From NCBI RefSeq assembly GCF_001194135.2, contig NC_068989.1, positions 26,406,752-26,470,751 of the forward strand: a DNA stretch of 64,000 nucleotides, read 5' to 3'. Position 1 is the stretch's first letter, and every line of letters starts with the position of its first letter. The position numbers and the translations under genes are program-made. The notes beneath the pieces are model-generated. The model worked only from the letters and a program-made list of their open reading frames with translations, made no database searches and was not told where the DNA came from. The stretch comes from Octopus bimaculoides (lineage: Eukaryota). Below are positions 12,081-25,156 of this stretch, piece after piece.

Positions 12081-13721
12081 GATTATTATGTAAGTCTAAA
12101 CAATGAATTAACGTAACACCTCTTATTTTTCGAGCACCTTCCGGAGTATTCGACTGGTTCCAAGCAGTGTTCTTTCTGCAAGTGCTCAACGCTTACGGCA
12201 GCCCCTATTTGTTCCACGTACTTCCCGAGATATTTGCTCACTCTTCCCAGGGCTCCGACAATTAATGGTACTACTGCTACCTTTTTCATCGACCACAACT
12301 GCTTAATTTCCCAAGTTAACCTGTCATATCTGTCGACTTTTCTTTCTTCTTTATCGCTTACCTTGTTGTCAGCTGGGCATACTATATCTATGATCCAGCA
12401 TAGTTTGTTTTCTTTCTCCATTAACACTATGTCTGGCTTTCTATTCTCTATCTCATGGTCGCACAGAATCATAAAATCTAATACGATCCTTGCATTTATA
12501 GGTGTGTGGTCGTACCAATTTTTGCCTTGTCAAGTTCAAACTTGTTACAATGTGTCCAATGCACAAGCCTAGTTATATTGTTGTGGCATCTCTTATATTC
12601 CTTCTGGGCTAGTGGTGTACATTGGCTGGTAATATGCCATACGGTTTCGCCGTTTTGTCCAGAGATTCTGCACTTATCACTTTCCGATGTGTTGTCGATT
12701 CTGTATTTATGTAGTTCGTTCTTAGCGTTTGTTCTTGGGAAGCACAGTTTACAGCCTCCGTTTCCTGTCTTCAATCAATTCTAGTCATCCACAGCCGTCT
12801 TTTTTTTATGTCTGTCTTATCTTCAACATCCCTATGAAATTTTCCATGCATTCATTTCTTTACCCATCTATTTTCAGTTTCATTAGTTTTCAATTTCTTG
12901 TATAGTGGTTTATCTTTGCAATCCTTCATCCTACACAAGCCTGACCTTCTTACGTCTAATAATAGCGGTTCTGTGGCATTTTTTACATACCATGCAACGT
13001 TCCTTCTTCTGCCCTAATGCTGTATTCGCATCTAATAAGTCCTCTTCCCCCTCTTTTTCTTGGTACATGCCGTCTGTCAGTGTCACTTTTTGGGTGGAGT
13101 GACCCATATCTAGTTAGCAACTTCTTTCTCTTTCTTTCTAAGCTGTTTAGCTCGTCTACTGTCCATGCGATTACCCCTGTTCCGTATCTAAGGAGTGAAA
13201 CCGCTTCCGCCTGTTTAATTTCGACTTAAGGATCAGTCTCAGTCTGCACAAGTACTCCACCTTAAATTTTTCTGTCATTTCTTTCTCCATCAATTTATCC
13301 ATTTCCAAAATCCCCAAGTACTTATAGCCCATCTCTTCTATCTGCTTTATAACGTACCCCGACGGTATCGTTAGTCCGTCCATACATTTGATTTTGCTTC
13401 TCTTCAAACTAACACACCACACCTTCTCAGTCCGAACTCAATTCTGATATAAGAACCGAAGGTATAGACCGCATCATCGAGGGAACGGACTTGGGCTTCA
13501 ACTTTACCATAAAGTTCGTGGTCATCCATGAATAACAAACGGTTGACTTTTTGTTGGCGGCTTTTGAATACATATCCAGCTTTTGCTTTCCTCAGAATCA
13601 GTGTCAGTGGCATCAAGCATAGTACGAAGATTTGTGGGGACAGGTATTCCCCTTTGAAGTTGCGCCTCCTAATTTCTACAGTCCCTAAAATTCTTCCGTA
13701 TGCTGGCAGGCCCGTCCTCCG
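12081..13721 (-). mobile_element. R4/Dong-clade non-LTR retrotransposon, 5'-truncated (RT C-terminus, CCHC knuckle, restriction-like endonuclease)
   Basis: LSPQIFVLCLMPL..KVNRLLFMDD; DKCRISGQNGETVWHITSQC..LAQKEYKRCHN; RKPDIVL...IIDIVCPAD...VVPLIVGALG; short TAA tail at 12082-12089. Confidence 0.9.
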
Positions 13722-13733
13722 ATTATTATTATT

Positions 13734-13969
13734 TTGGTTTGGCTCAGGTTCGGGTTTATTCCTCGTAGGAATGATGTGAATAGCAGGTATCCGCAAGTTG
13801 TAACAGTTTTCAAGTGTTTAGAACTCTTGCTGTGCTTAAGAGACAATCTGCATGTAGGAGTTCTACCCGGTAGTCTATTTCAATCTCTCTTAATTATTAT
13901 TATGGTTTACTTTCATTATATCTTTATTTGAGCTGTCTTAGTACCGGGCATCCTCCGGAGGCCAAGCTG
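13734..13969 (-). mobile_element. 3'-end fragment of a different R4/Dong-type element
   Basis: ELLHADCLLSTARVLNT* (cf. ELLQKACLLGTARILRKVL), followed by a distinct 3' UTR and a (TAA)4 tail at 13722-13733. Confidence 0.6.
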
Positions 13970-14053
<84 letters not shown>

Positions 14054-14055
14054 GT
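13970..14055. repeat. (TTA)n array between R4/Dong copies
   Basis: Directly visible. Confidence 0.98.
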
Positions 14056-14536
14056 TCAGTAGTTTTATTTTTATAACGTGCTTTCACTTCACTACCGAGC
14101 GCAGCTCTGTGTGCCTTGGGTATGTGCTGTGGTTTGCTGTGATGCTCTTATGGTTACTGTATTGAAAGTGTTTTGCTTAGGATGTGTGCAGTACCCAGTA
14201 GTGCAATTTTCTGTATGTTATATATATTTGTAAGTCCTGGTGTTTTTGTTATGTATTTGTCTGAATTTTTTGTATTATACCTAAGGCACCTACTATAATA
14301 TGAATTGTTTCTGTTTTTAGATTCCACATTCGAGTTACCTCTATTTCCAGGTCTTTGTATTTTGAAAGTTTTTCCATTTCTTTTAGGGAAACGTTGTCAT
14401 CTGCTGGTATTGATACATCAATTAGAAAGCATTTTTTTCCTTCATGATCTTTGACAACTATATGTGGTCTATTGGCCTTAATTTCTCTATCTTTGTGTAT
14501 TGGCATATCCCAGAGTATGGTTGCTTTCTCGTTTTC

Positions 14537-14538
<2 letters not shown>
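14056..14538 (-). mobile_element. R4/Dong-type 3' fragment (endonuclease + 3' UTR) flanked by TAA arrays on both sides
   Basis: ATILWDMPIHKDREIKANRPHIVVKD...FLIDVSIPADDN...EKLSKYKDLEIEVTRMW...IIVGALG; 3' UTR homologous to 62680-62795. Confidence 0.9.
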
Positions 14539-14592
<54 letters not shown>

Positions 14593-14617
14593 GTAGTAGT
14601 AGTAGTAGTATTATTAT

Positions 14618-15058
14618 CACAACCATATGCGTGCGACATGGTGGTATTATATAAAGATAAACAGTGCATGTCCTCGCAGGTGGGGCCCAGTTAGAATTTT
14701 CTTCAGGTCGAGTAGCCCATTCTGCTGAAATAGTCTCTGAATTAAGGTTGTTTACGGATGTTGAACGAAACACCCATGTTTCCAAAGGTGAATTATTCAA
14801 ACTCCAAAGAATTCCTCTCATCACATGGTTATCAGGTCCCCCCCCCCACTACTTCTGATCGTGATCAGCGGTGCACATATCGTCAGCAACTAAGGGACAT
14901 GCTCAACTGGTTAAGGTCAAGCAACTGACAAGGAAATCTGTGGTATTGAGCAGAATATTTGCTGTAGCCCATCTTTTATACCAAGACAAAATAATGTACA
15001 TGCTAACACTTCCAATCACGTAAAATCACAAGCCATGAGAGCCACTGTCTGGTACTGC
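14618..15058. mobile_element. Unclassified interspersed repeat, probably a non-coding retroelement segment, between TTA arrays
   Basis: Higher-GC block resembling a common octopus repeat (from memory); no coding motif seen. Confidence 0.35.

Positions 15059-15147
<89 letters not shown>
15059..15147. repeat. (TTA)n array
   Basis: Directly visible. Confidence 0.98.
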
Positions 15148-15148
<1 letters not shown>

Positions 15149-15300
15149 AGGCAGCGAGACTTCAAAATCATTAGCACACAGGGCGAAATGCTTATCGGCA
15201 TTTCGTCCGCCGAGATCGACTTTGCCTTTCCTCCTTTCGGGTCGATAAAATAAGTACCAGTGAAGTAGTGGGGACCGGTGTAATCGACTAACCTTCACCT
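15148..15300 (+). mobile_element. tRNA-derived SINE, internally deleted
   Basis: ggcagcgagacttcaaaatcattagcac...gatcgactttgcctttcctcctttcgggtcgataaaataagtacc; same family as 11820 and 23432. Confidence 0.7.
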
Positions 15301-16353
15301 AACATTTCATACCTGATGTGTTTAGCAGGAAAGATTATTATTTTGAGAAGTAGTATTACTTTTGTACTTACTATTTTTTGTCTTGTTCGGTCAGGTCTAG
15401 TCCCTGACCTGGGGTTTCTACAGATAACATCTGAGCTGTTGAAAGTAGTGTAAAATTCTCGGTCCATTAAATATTGATTTTTGTACTGGTTAATGTTGAT
15501 AAAAATGTACACTTATTTTCTTGAGCTATAGTGCTCTAAAACCTGGCATTATTTTATTCTTCATAGTCCACAACCTTTTTATTTACAAACCCAAGACTTT
15601 GTACTTTGTCAGCTTCTCTGTGCATTTTGGAAATTATTCGAGAATAAGTAAACATGCCCTCCCTTTCTCTCATTGATAATTTTGTCAGGCTCGTTGGCTT
15701 TTATTTCTCTGCCAATATGATGGTCATATCCACAAAATGGTGACTTCATTTTTGTTACCACTTTTCATGTATTTCCATTTTATTAATCCGGCATATATTC
15801 AAGTGTACGTACGCCGTTGACTTGTTATGCCTGCTACTGTATTTCTCCATTCTTAATTCTTGGCTTCCAAACACAACATAACTGATAATTTTTACATATT
15901 GTCCGTATATCACGTATTGTGATGCAATATCTGAACGCGAAATTGTGTAGTGATTATCAGAATTTCCCATTTTGCATTCACTCCAGTGCACTTAAGCGAA
16001 TGATATGTTTTCATTTGATTAAAATCTATTTTCTGCAATCCTTTTACGCACTTTCCTTGCCTTTTACTGTCCCCACGTTTCTGTCAGTACATGCACCCCA
16101 TAGTATTTTTCTCTATCGTTGCTATTATTGATTCATTCTTCGTTGTTCCTGTTGCTGTTCTTTGTATTCATTGTTGTTGCTTTTGTTGTTGCTGCTGTTG
16201 TTGGTGCTGTTGCTACTGATACTGCTCTTGGTCTTCATGAATATAATGCCTTTTGTTACGACTGCGATTATTACGTTTCAAAATATCTCAAAATATTAGT
16301 TCGAGGTCCCTAAAATCATTTGCCTCAAGTCATTTTTGCATTGTATCCTGTAG

Positions 16354-16430
<77 letters not shown>

Positions 16431-16699
16431 CACACACACACACACAATCACACACACACACATATATATATATTTGTATAAAAGCATGCTTTAATCGGGC
16501 TTGTGGGATTTAGAATACTTTCTAGAAAATACTGTAAGCACGATCATGATTCAAAAAAATCAAACAAAAATGATATAATAGCAATAACCACGTTTGTATT
16601 ACAAAGAACAGACTGATAGTGTTACAAAGAACCAACAACCAAGACAATAGAAGTAGCTAAAATCTTTTGCTAACACAGCTCGAGAAAAATAATTATGAG

Positions 16700-17000
16700 T
16701 AAGCTTCACCTCTCAGAAGGAGGTGCAGATATGTCACGAAGTTATTCACCACATCGCCTGGCGACGCACTCGAAGAAGGAAGAACGAGAAAAACAACAAA
16801 TATCTACATTTCGTAAATGATAGTAATTTCAGTATGACGTCATATGAGAAGTAGATAAAAGATCTAGCACATAAGAGGAATACTGTAGTGGTTGGGCCAT
16901 GTTGAGGCGGGGTCGGAAACTTCAATGTCAAATCTTTGGTGTCTTACAAGCGTGTGCATACTAGCGCACAAAGAAAAGACATGGGGTTATTGGTTCTACG
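16700..17000 (-). mobile_element. Possible very old Penelope RT remnant
   Basis: KTPKI*H*SFRP..SYVLDLL..DVVNNF loosely matches LPKIHK..P.RPIVS..L.LL..FDV.SLF; weak. Confidence 0.3.
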
Positions 17001-17589
17001 CCGTATGCACGTCTTCTGTAGAACACTAACCCTTTCTGGTATTGTATTCTAGTCGTGTAGAAATACCGTAATTTTATGCGACAGAGAGAGATGCCAAAAT
17101 TACTCAGTTGTTTCGCATGTAGAAGTTCGGGATGCGTGTGTCGTTCTTGAAATATTGTAAGGAGAGGAAAAGATGAATGTCACAAGAAACTAGACCTATC
17201 TGCGGCTTTCAAAAAGCCACTAGTCCCGAACTGAAAATTTCAATTTATTCTTCGTGCTATCTGCTGATATTCAGGACGTTGATAAACTGATGGCATTTAT
17301 CAATTACGAGATGAACTGACATTTTAATGAAAATGGGGAATTTTTCATAGTTCGTTGTATCATGTAAGAAATTAAAACGTATCTTTTCAGTGATAGCGAG
17401 ATGGAATATATGTATGAGATAGTACTTCAGAAATCAGAAGCAAGTACATTCAGAAGTAGAAGCAAGAAGGTGGAGTGGATGCAGTCGTGAGATGCATTGA
17501 TTCAAACTACGTGGAAGCTTAACATTTCTGTGTAGAGCTAGTTTTAGTTTAACCAAACATTTTAAAAGCATAATTGCACACAAAGCAAA

Positions 17590-17830
17590 AAACAACGTGA
17601 AGCCAGCTGTTCCTGCAGGGATAAAGACTTATTCCCGCTAAATGAAGTCTGTACGACCAAGGCCATTATTTATGAAGCGACCGTAAATTCTACAAACGCT
17701 AATAACACAGTTTCGTCAAAGAGATATGTCGGTGTCACAGAGGGAAATTTTAAAGCAAGATTCAATAATAACACCATAAGCTTCAGACACTGCAATGAAC
17801 GAAAGAAGACCAAAATATCCAGTCATATAT
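17590..17830 (+). mobile_element. Penelope GIY-YIG endonuclease fragment
   Basis: CSCRDKDLFPLNEVCTTKAIIYEATV...KRYVGVTEGNFKARFNN..SF...TKISSHI. Confidence 0.8.
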
Positions 17831-18237
17831 TGTACATACATACATGCATACACACACAGACATACACACACACACATATATATGCGTATATTTATATGTA
17901 TAAATGTCTAAATATGTATATAAGCATACACCTATGTGTATATGATGATGAAGTTGCATGCATATACACGTACGAATATATACGTGCGTGTGTAAGTGTA
18001 TGAGTGTGTACACATATAGACGTTATGAACGCAGGAGGCTTTTTGTCGTTGTAATGTGCGTGTATTTTTATCTTTTATATTTTCCTACCTATTAAAGTAA
18101 CCTCCCTTTTATTCAACGGTTTTTATAGCATATATTGTCATGAGAATGCATCGTAGCTCTTAGGTGTGACATTTGAAACTCTGAGTTCTATTATGACAAC
18201 TTTATGATTAACTTTATGATTGTCCTAAACAATACAT

Positions 18238-18282
<45 letters not shown>

Positions 18283-18564
18283 NNNNNNNNNNNNNNNNNN
18301 NNNNNNNNNNNNNNNNNNNNNNNNNNNNNNNNNNNNNNNNNNNNNNNNNNNNNNNNNNNNNNNNNNNNNNNNNNNNNNNNNNNNNNNNNNNNNNNNNNNN
18401 NNNNNNNNNNNNNNNNNNNNNNNNNNNNNNNNNNNNNNNNNNNNNNNNNNNNNNNNNNNNNNNNNNNNNNNNNNNNNNNNNNNNNNNNNNNNNNNNNNNN
18501 NNNNNNNNNNNNNNNNNNNNNNNNNNNNNNNNNNNNNNNNNNNNNNNNNNNNNNNNNNNNNNNN

Positions 18565-18596
<32 letters not shown>

Positions 18597-19804
18597 TATA
18601 TACATATATACATACATGTATGTATGTGTGTATTATATACGGACACACATTTACTAGCATATCTAATTAGGAACACACACACACACATCTATCTATATAT
18701 ATATGTATATATATACTTCACTGTATCATCTACCAAACTATTGAATTTTGTTATACACTACTGATCACAATATGCTTCCTCACGTTACTACTGTTGAATG
18801 ATGCCACTGCTCAGGCAAACAAGCAGGCCCACATTCCTTCTAAACGGAGGTGCTTTTTTGTCGCTGGGTTACCCATTTACTGAATTCACTTTACTACACT
18901 ACCAGTCAGTAATTAGAACATTTTTCCTGTCTGGATTCTCATTTGTCTGCATGTATTTTGAAATACCGAAATGCATTCAAGGAAAGTCTTACTATTAAAC
19001 ATTAAAAATATAGAAATTTGCGTACGTACAAAACCGAAAGTTTCTATCTTAGGATTTTATTCCATTTCTGGTTATTATTGGGATATTCCAAACGTCTTTT
19101 CTTAACTCATAATTGCAGATAAACCTCATATAAGAGAGCCCATTCCAAAACTATTTAATAATGACATTTTGCTATTATTTGAGTAATACAATAAAAAATT
19201 GAAACACTTTGAAAGTAAAGATTGAACCCCGAACAGTCGATAGTCAAACTGATAGGAATTGGTACTTACATGAGATGCTTAGCTCCGCGGAAACCAGTGA
19301 CTAACAACGTGTTGTATATCCTGGTTATGGCATGATTCTCCTAGAAATTGCAACTGTAACAAGATGTTGGACACGAGTTAGTTTTACTGTAAATATTAAC
19401 GTTAAGTCGTTTACTTCTTAAGATACATCCATGATACTTCATAATAATACACTCAGATCACATCACACAATACATGAGAAACGAATTTACAATTCATATA
19501 TAAACAATCAAGTTTCACGCCCAAAAGGGACTTCATATTTCAAGAGGATGTTATGTCATTTATCCTACGAGCTATTAGCTGACAGGAATGTAGTGTACAT
19601 GTATAAATTGATTACTATTTTTACTTACATAGGCACACATGTACTAACATGATGCATATATATATATATATGAAAGAATGTTTGGAAATGTTTATTCACG
19701 GTTTCACGGTTTTAGAAAAAAGTTGTAAAAAGTAAAATGTAAAGCTTTGTATGAGCTTTGTGGTGTTAAGCACTGGTTATCACAAAAGTATTAAAATACA
19801 GTTA

Positions 19805-20004
19805 TACATTCTTCAAATAATAATAAGAAAATGTTAAAAACAATTTACAAGAAAGTATTTAAGAAAGTAATCAGAACGGGACTCCAAAAGACATTTTGAG
19901 TTCATGTAACTCAAAATGCCTTTTGGAGACTCATTCTGATTACTTTCTTAAATACTTTCTTGTAAAGTGTTTTTAACATTTTCTTATTATTATCAAAGAA
20001 TGTA
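19805..20004. repeat. ~98-bp inverted repeat with a 5-nt loop (near-perfect palindrome)
   Basis: Arms 19805-19902 and 19908-20004 are reverse complements with about 6-7 differences. Confidence 0.95.
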
Positions 20005-20039
20005 CATATGTATATGTAATTTATTTCGCGAGAGATTTT

Positions 20040-21830
20040 GCTGCATGCAATCAAGCCCTATGCATAGTACTCGTGGAAACTCACCTCAGCCCTAATATAG
20101 AGGATGCAGAAGTTCACGTACCAACATATGCCATACTGCGAACAGACACAAGGGAGAGGAGCCATCGTGGAGTTGCAATATACATCCGTGACGACCTCAC
20201 ACCCCGGTCTTACTGCCATACTCAAATTCGGTATATGACACTCTAATTGTATACATAAGGCAACATAATATAGTCATATGGAATACATATTGCCCACCGG
20301 ATGCTCCAAACCACATAGGCAAGTTTATAGATTACCTCATAAGAATTAAAGAAATCCTCATGAAATTGGAACACCACGTGACCATATTTCTTATGGGTGA
20401 TTTCAACTTCCCCAACGCCAAATTGCCCGAAGGACTCATACTCTCAGTAATGACTTATTGCAAGCAAGCATAGGTGGAGTACCTGCTCAACCTCACCAAT
20501 GTCCTATTCATGAAGCAAGCTGTACTCAGAAGAAAATAACTTGCTGAGTGATACCCAGCATGGCTTTCGACCAGGTAGCAGCTGCCTGACCCAACTCTTA
20601 CAACATTATGACTAAGTGTTGAAGCAGTTACTCAAGAACTCAAATATGGACGTAATATACCTTGATTATGCAAAAGCTTTTGATAAGGTGAATGATGGTA
20701 TGATATGTCACAAACTGCGTGATCACGGTGTAGCTGGAAAACTTGGAGAGTGGTTACATGACTTTCTGAAAGATAGAAGTCAGGCAGTGGCTAATGGAGC
20801 CACCTCTATGAAAACAAAAATAGGCAGCGGTGTTCCATAGGGCACTGTCATGGAACCACTGCTTTTTATAGTGACCCTCTCAGATATACTCGCAAGTGCC
20901 AGGACAGCCACCCTTGCAAGCTACGCAGACGATACGAAAGTCTCGCAGAATATACAGAACCCCAGCGATGCTGCACATCTGCAGCAGAAGTTGGACTCAA
21001 TTTATAGATGGGCTGAGGATAATAATATGCAGTTTAATGCTGAAAAATTCCAAGCCCTGCGCTACCAGCGTCCAAAACTGAATATGAAACTTACACGGTG
21101 CACTGGTCCACAGGGAATTTCAATCCAAGAGCCTAAATCAGTGAGGGATCAGGGTATCCGACATGAGTGATGATACCCCTTTCTGAGTGCACATTACCAG
21201 GATGGCGACAAAGTGCAGAAGACTGGCTGGATGGATCCTGAGAATATTCAGAACCAGAGTTAAGGAACCTATAATGGTCCTCTGGAGGACATTCGTCTTC
21301 AGCGGCCTGGATTATTACTCACAGCTATGGTCGCCCACCAGTGTGAAATTAACAGCGGACCTTGAAGCAATCCAGAGAAGATTCCCGAAGAGGATGGCCT
21401 CTTTGCAACTACTCATCTACTGGGAAAGGATGAAACAGCTAAAACTCTACTCCCTAAAGAGAAGGAAAAAGAGGTATGCAGTAATATATATCTGGAAGAT
21501 CCTGGAAGGAATTCTCTCAAATTTTCCCATTGAAAGCTACACCATTTCCAAAGATCACAATAACGCCATCGCACTTCAGGTCCAGCTACTGCAACAGCCT
21601 GGGTTTCAGGGGCCCACAGCCTTTTTAATACTATCCCAAAGAGTCTTTAAATCAAAGCTGGACCTCTCCCTTTCGAGAGTCCCAGATGAACCTACCTCAC
21701 GGCAAGAGGTGCAAATGAGGGTAGCTACATCAAACTCATTTATCACCATATTGGAGGAGGCTCTCAGTAATAACGGTGCAGGAAAACAGCGGTGCATCCG
21801 CATCGCCGCTGCTATGAGATGAAGCTACAG
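20040..21830 (+). mobile_element. CR1-like LINE (APE + RT), decayed, with internal deletion
   Basis: LVETHL...RGVAIYI, MGDFNFP; DVIYLDYAKAFDKV, SGVP*GTV.EPLLF, YADDTK; YSQLWSP in the 3' domain. Confidence 0.9.
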
Positions 21831-22626
21831 AAAAACATATATTTTAATACTTTTGTATTAATCTTTTTCTCAAAAAGTGGAACAGGTCAAGTGAATAAAC
21901 ATCTTTATAATTGCATTTTCAAATCTTCTTTCATATATATTTCCTCTCGTGCAGCACTTTACAACTTTACCTTGTTATATATTTATATACAAACACATCG
22001 AACACACGCGGTAGTGTGCAAATAGTATTCTTGAGGTCAACATTTAACCACTTGCGACAATTCCTAGGCTTTGTCCCTAACTCAGTTTTTAACTAAATTA
22101 GATGATATTTACACTTTTAGATTGATCACACCCTAAGCTACATTTTTCGCTACAAAATTAGAAAATTACTTCGGGAGAAACAAAATTTTGGTCAAATATG
22201 TGAGGTCATAAACGGAAGATAAACGCCTGAAATCGACTTTGAGTCGACAATATATTTTTTAAGAAATCTATATTTTATCTTAGCTTNNNNNNNNNNNNNN
22301 NNNNNNNNNNNNNNNNNNNNNNNNNNNNNNNNNNNNNNNNNNNNNNNNNNNNNNNNNNNNNNNNNNNNNNNNNNNNNNNNNNNNNNNNNNNNNNNNNNNN
22401 NNNNNNNNNNNNNNNNNNNNNNNNNNNNNNNNNNNNNNNNNNNNNNNNNNNNNNNNNNNNNNNNNNNNNNNNNNNNNNNNNNNNNNNNNNNNNNNNNNNN
22501 NNNNNNNNNNNNNNNNNNNNNNNNNNNNNNNNNNNNNNNNNNNNNNNNNNNNNNNNNNNNNNNNNNNNNNNNNNNNNNNNNNNNNNNNNNNNNNNNNNNN
22601 NNNNNNNNNNNNNNNNNNNNNNNNNN

Positions 22627-22665
<39 letters not shown>

Positions 22666-23431
22666 GAATAACAAACTGCTTGGACTAAATGTGCACAAAA
22701 ATGTGGTTACGCCTAAAATCAAATTAAAAACCTAAGCAATTCTTTTTACTTACTCACGACCATTTCAATGCCTCGTTACTAACTCAGTGTTTACCCAAAT
22801 TAGATGATGTTTATATTTGTAGACTGGGCATATTATAAGCAACATTTCGATTCAAAATATTTGAAAATTAGTTAAGTATAAATAAATGTTTGAGTCAAAA
22901 ATATGAGGTCAGGAACGGGAGAAAAAAGCCTGAAATCATCTTTGAGTACCATTTTATAAAAATTTTATCTATATTTTATTTTAGCTTATATGATAGATCG
23001 CAATGGAAGGAATTTATCCATGTTATTTATATGCAAAAAGTTTCAGTAGAAAAAGATACTGAGGTAAAAAATGAAAATTAACGCCTGAAATCGACTTTGA
23101 CTCCAAATGTTATTCCCTCAAAAGAAGACTATATTTAAATTCAACAGGAATTTCATGATGCTAATTCTTTATATAAAAGATTAAAATAAAAATACTACTA
23201 GGGCCGAACGTGCCGAAAACAGTGACAACGCCTAAAGGTAATACAAAACCTAAACATTTTGTATCTTTGTAAAAAAAAAATGTTTTTGTTTAACTCATAT
23301 GATAGAACTCCTCAAAAGGTTTGTTGTGAATCTAATCGTTTCAAAACATATTGAAAATGAAAAAAGTTATTATATAAGATGGATGTGCCAAAAGTAGGTA
23401 AAACGATTTTCGAGAAGTATTACAGTACCAA

Positions 23432-23643
23432 GACGACGAGCTGGCAGAGTCGTTAACACGCAGGGTTAAAGTTTTGCGGCATTTCGTCTGACTCTATATT
23501 CTGAGTTGAAATTACACCAAGCTCGTCTTTGCCTCTTATCTTTTCGGTACTCAATAAAATGAGTATCAGCTGTGCACTGAGGTCGATGTACTCAACTTCC
23601 CCGCACTCCGGAATTGATTGCCTTTTGCCAAAATTTGAAACCA
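23432..23643 (+). mobile_element. tRNA-derived SINE
   Basis: gacgacgagctggcagagtcgttaacacg...ttctgagttgaaatt...gccaaaatttgaaacc. Confidence 0.75.
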
Positions 23644-23720
23644 ATATTGCAAAATGTTTGATTCAATTCTGTATTTAGGTAGCTTGCAAACATCTACCTC
23701 GTATTCATAGAATACACTAT

Positions 23721-23843
23721 ATTGTAATAAATATATATTGTAATAAATATATATTGTAATAAATATATATTGTAATAAATATATATTGTAATAGATATAT
23801 ATTGTAATAAATATATATTGTAATAAATATATGTTGTAATAAA
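23721..23843. repeat. 16-bp minisatellite (attgtaataaatatat) ~7.5 copies
   Basis: Directly visible. Confidence 0.95.
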
Positions 23844-24328
23844 TATCATTCACACACTATTCCTAAGGTCAACATTATTCACTCGCTACCACCTCCAGAC
23901 TTTCTCTCTGATTCAGTTTTTCACTAAATTTGTCATTTAAACATTTTTAGATTGTTCATATATTATCATACCCTTTCTTGCTAGCACTTCTTACTATATA
24001 TAAATATAGCTCATTTATTTATTGATTTTATAATAAAATTAGCATTACATTGATATTCACTATATAGAAAATTATTTTTCATAATGAATTTTCGCACTTT
24101 CTTTATGGGGGTGTTCGTATTATGCACTTTGTTTCAATATCAAAATTTTAAATACAGTGAAGGTATAGAGTCTAATATTTTAAAAATTATAATTACATTT
24201 CTCATTCATAAAATTCTCATTTTCATTCAATCATCAACAATAAAAAATAATTCAAATATCTTTTGACAAAACAATATTTATTAATTTTATTGCATTGCCT
24301 GGGAAAAGTGGATTACAATGAAAATGCC

Positions 24329-25156
24329 GGCGCATGCATGTTAATATTCTGAAGTTATTACACCTGGAAATGTACAAAACAAGATTTCTTCAGTAGAATT
24401 TGCCTGATTTGTCACCTCTAAAGGAAACTAAAAAGTACTTAAAATTAAAATTCTACTGTGCTAAAAATATTGCTGCCAAGAACAACATTTTAAAAATTAA
24501 AATACGTTATATTAGGTAAATATTTTATTTATCATGAGAATCTAAAAAAACACAGGTAAATCTTTAAAAACACGGTAGAAAAATAATCAAAAATGAATTT
24601 AAATAAAAACTTTTTTAATCATGCGGTTTTAAATATACAATTAAAACAGTCATTTTATTTAATTGCACCAAGTACAAACAATATAATATTAAGATGTAAA
24701 TAATATTGCACAAGATTTAGTTTTTACTTGAATTGAAATCCCATTACAGAAAACAAACATTAATTGCCGCAGAATGATCATTAAATGGTTTCGAATCAAA
24801 CATATAATCAGTCAATTCTTACACATTAAAATAAAAAAAATTGTGACGTAAGTAAAATTTATTAGTTGGCATTAATACAGTAGAATTAGTCCAATTCGTA
24901 CATGGCTAATTCGTTACTGCGCCTAATTCGTCAATTTTAAATTTTCTCCTAGGGATGAAGAATTAGGTGAATTATATTGTATTCTTTAAAAATATTTCTT
25001 TTAAAACATTTCAAAAATAAAATATAGTAAATTTTAAAATGTTATTCTCCGCTGCAATATTTTAAGCACAGTAGAATTTCAATTTTAAGTACATTTTAGT
25101 TTCCTTTAGTGGTGAGGAATCAAGCAAATTCTTAAGAATATTAACATGCATGCGCC
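24329..25156. mobile_element. Foldback/MITE-like element with long terminal inverted repeats
   Basis: 24329-24500 is an imperfect reverse complement of 25030-25156; the left arm has a ~45-bp insertion; no ORF inside. Confidence 0.6.

Larger units (their letters stand above)
22030..23960. repeat. Cluster of degenerate ~250-bp related units
   Basis: Shared ctaactcag..aaattagatgat and gaggtca..gcctgaaatc.actttgag motifs at ~22030-22286 and ~22760-22990; partial units at ~23050-23110 and ~23863-23960. Confidence 0.55.

Noticed and set aside
23721-23843. CRISPR-like array
   Set aside because: No unique spacers; simple minisatellite in eukaryotic DNA.
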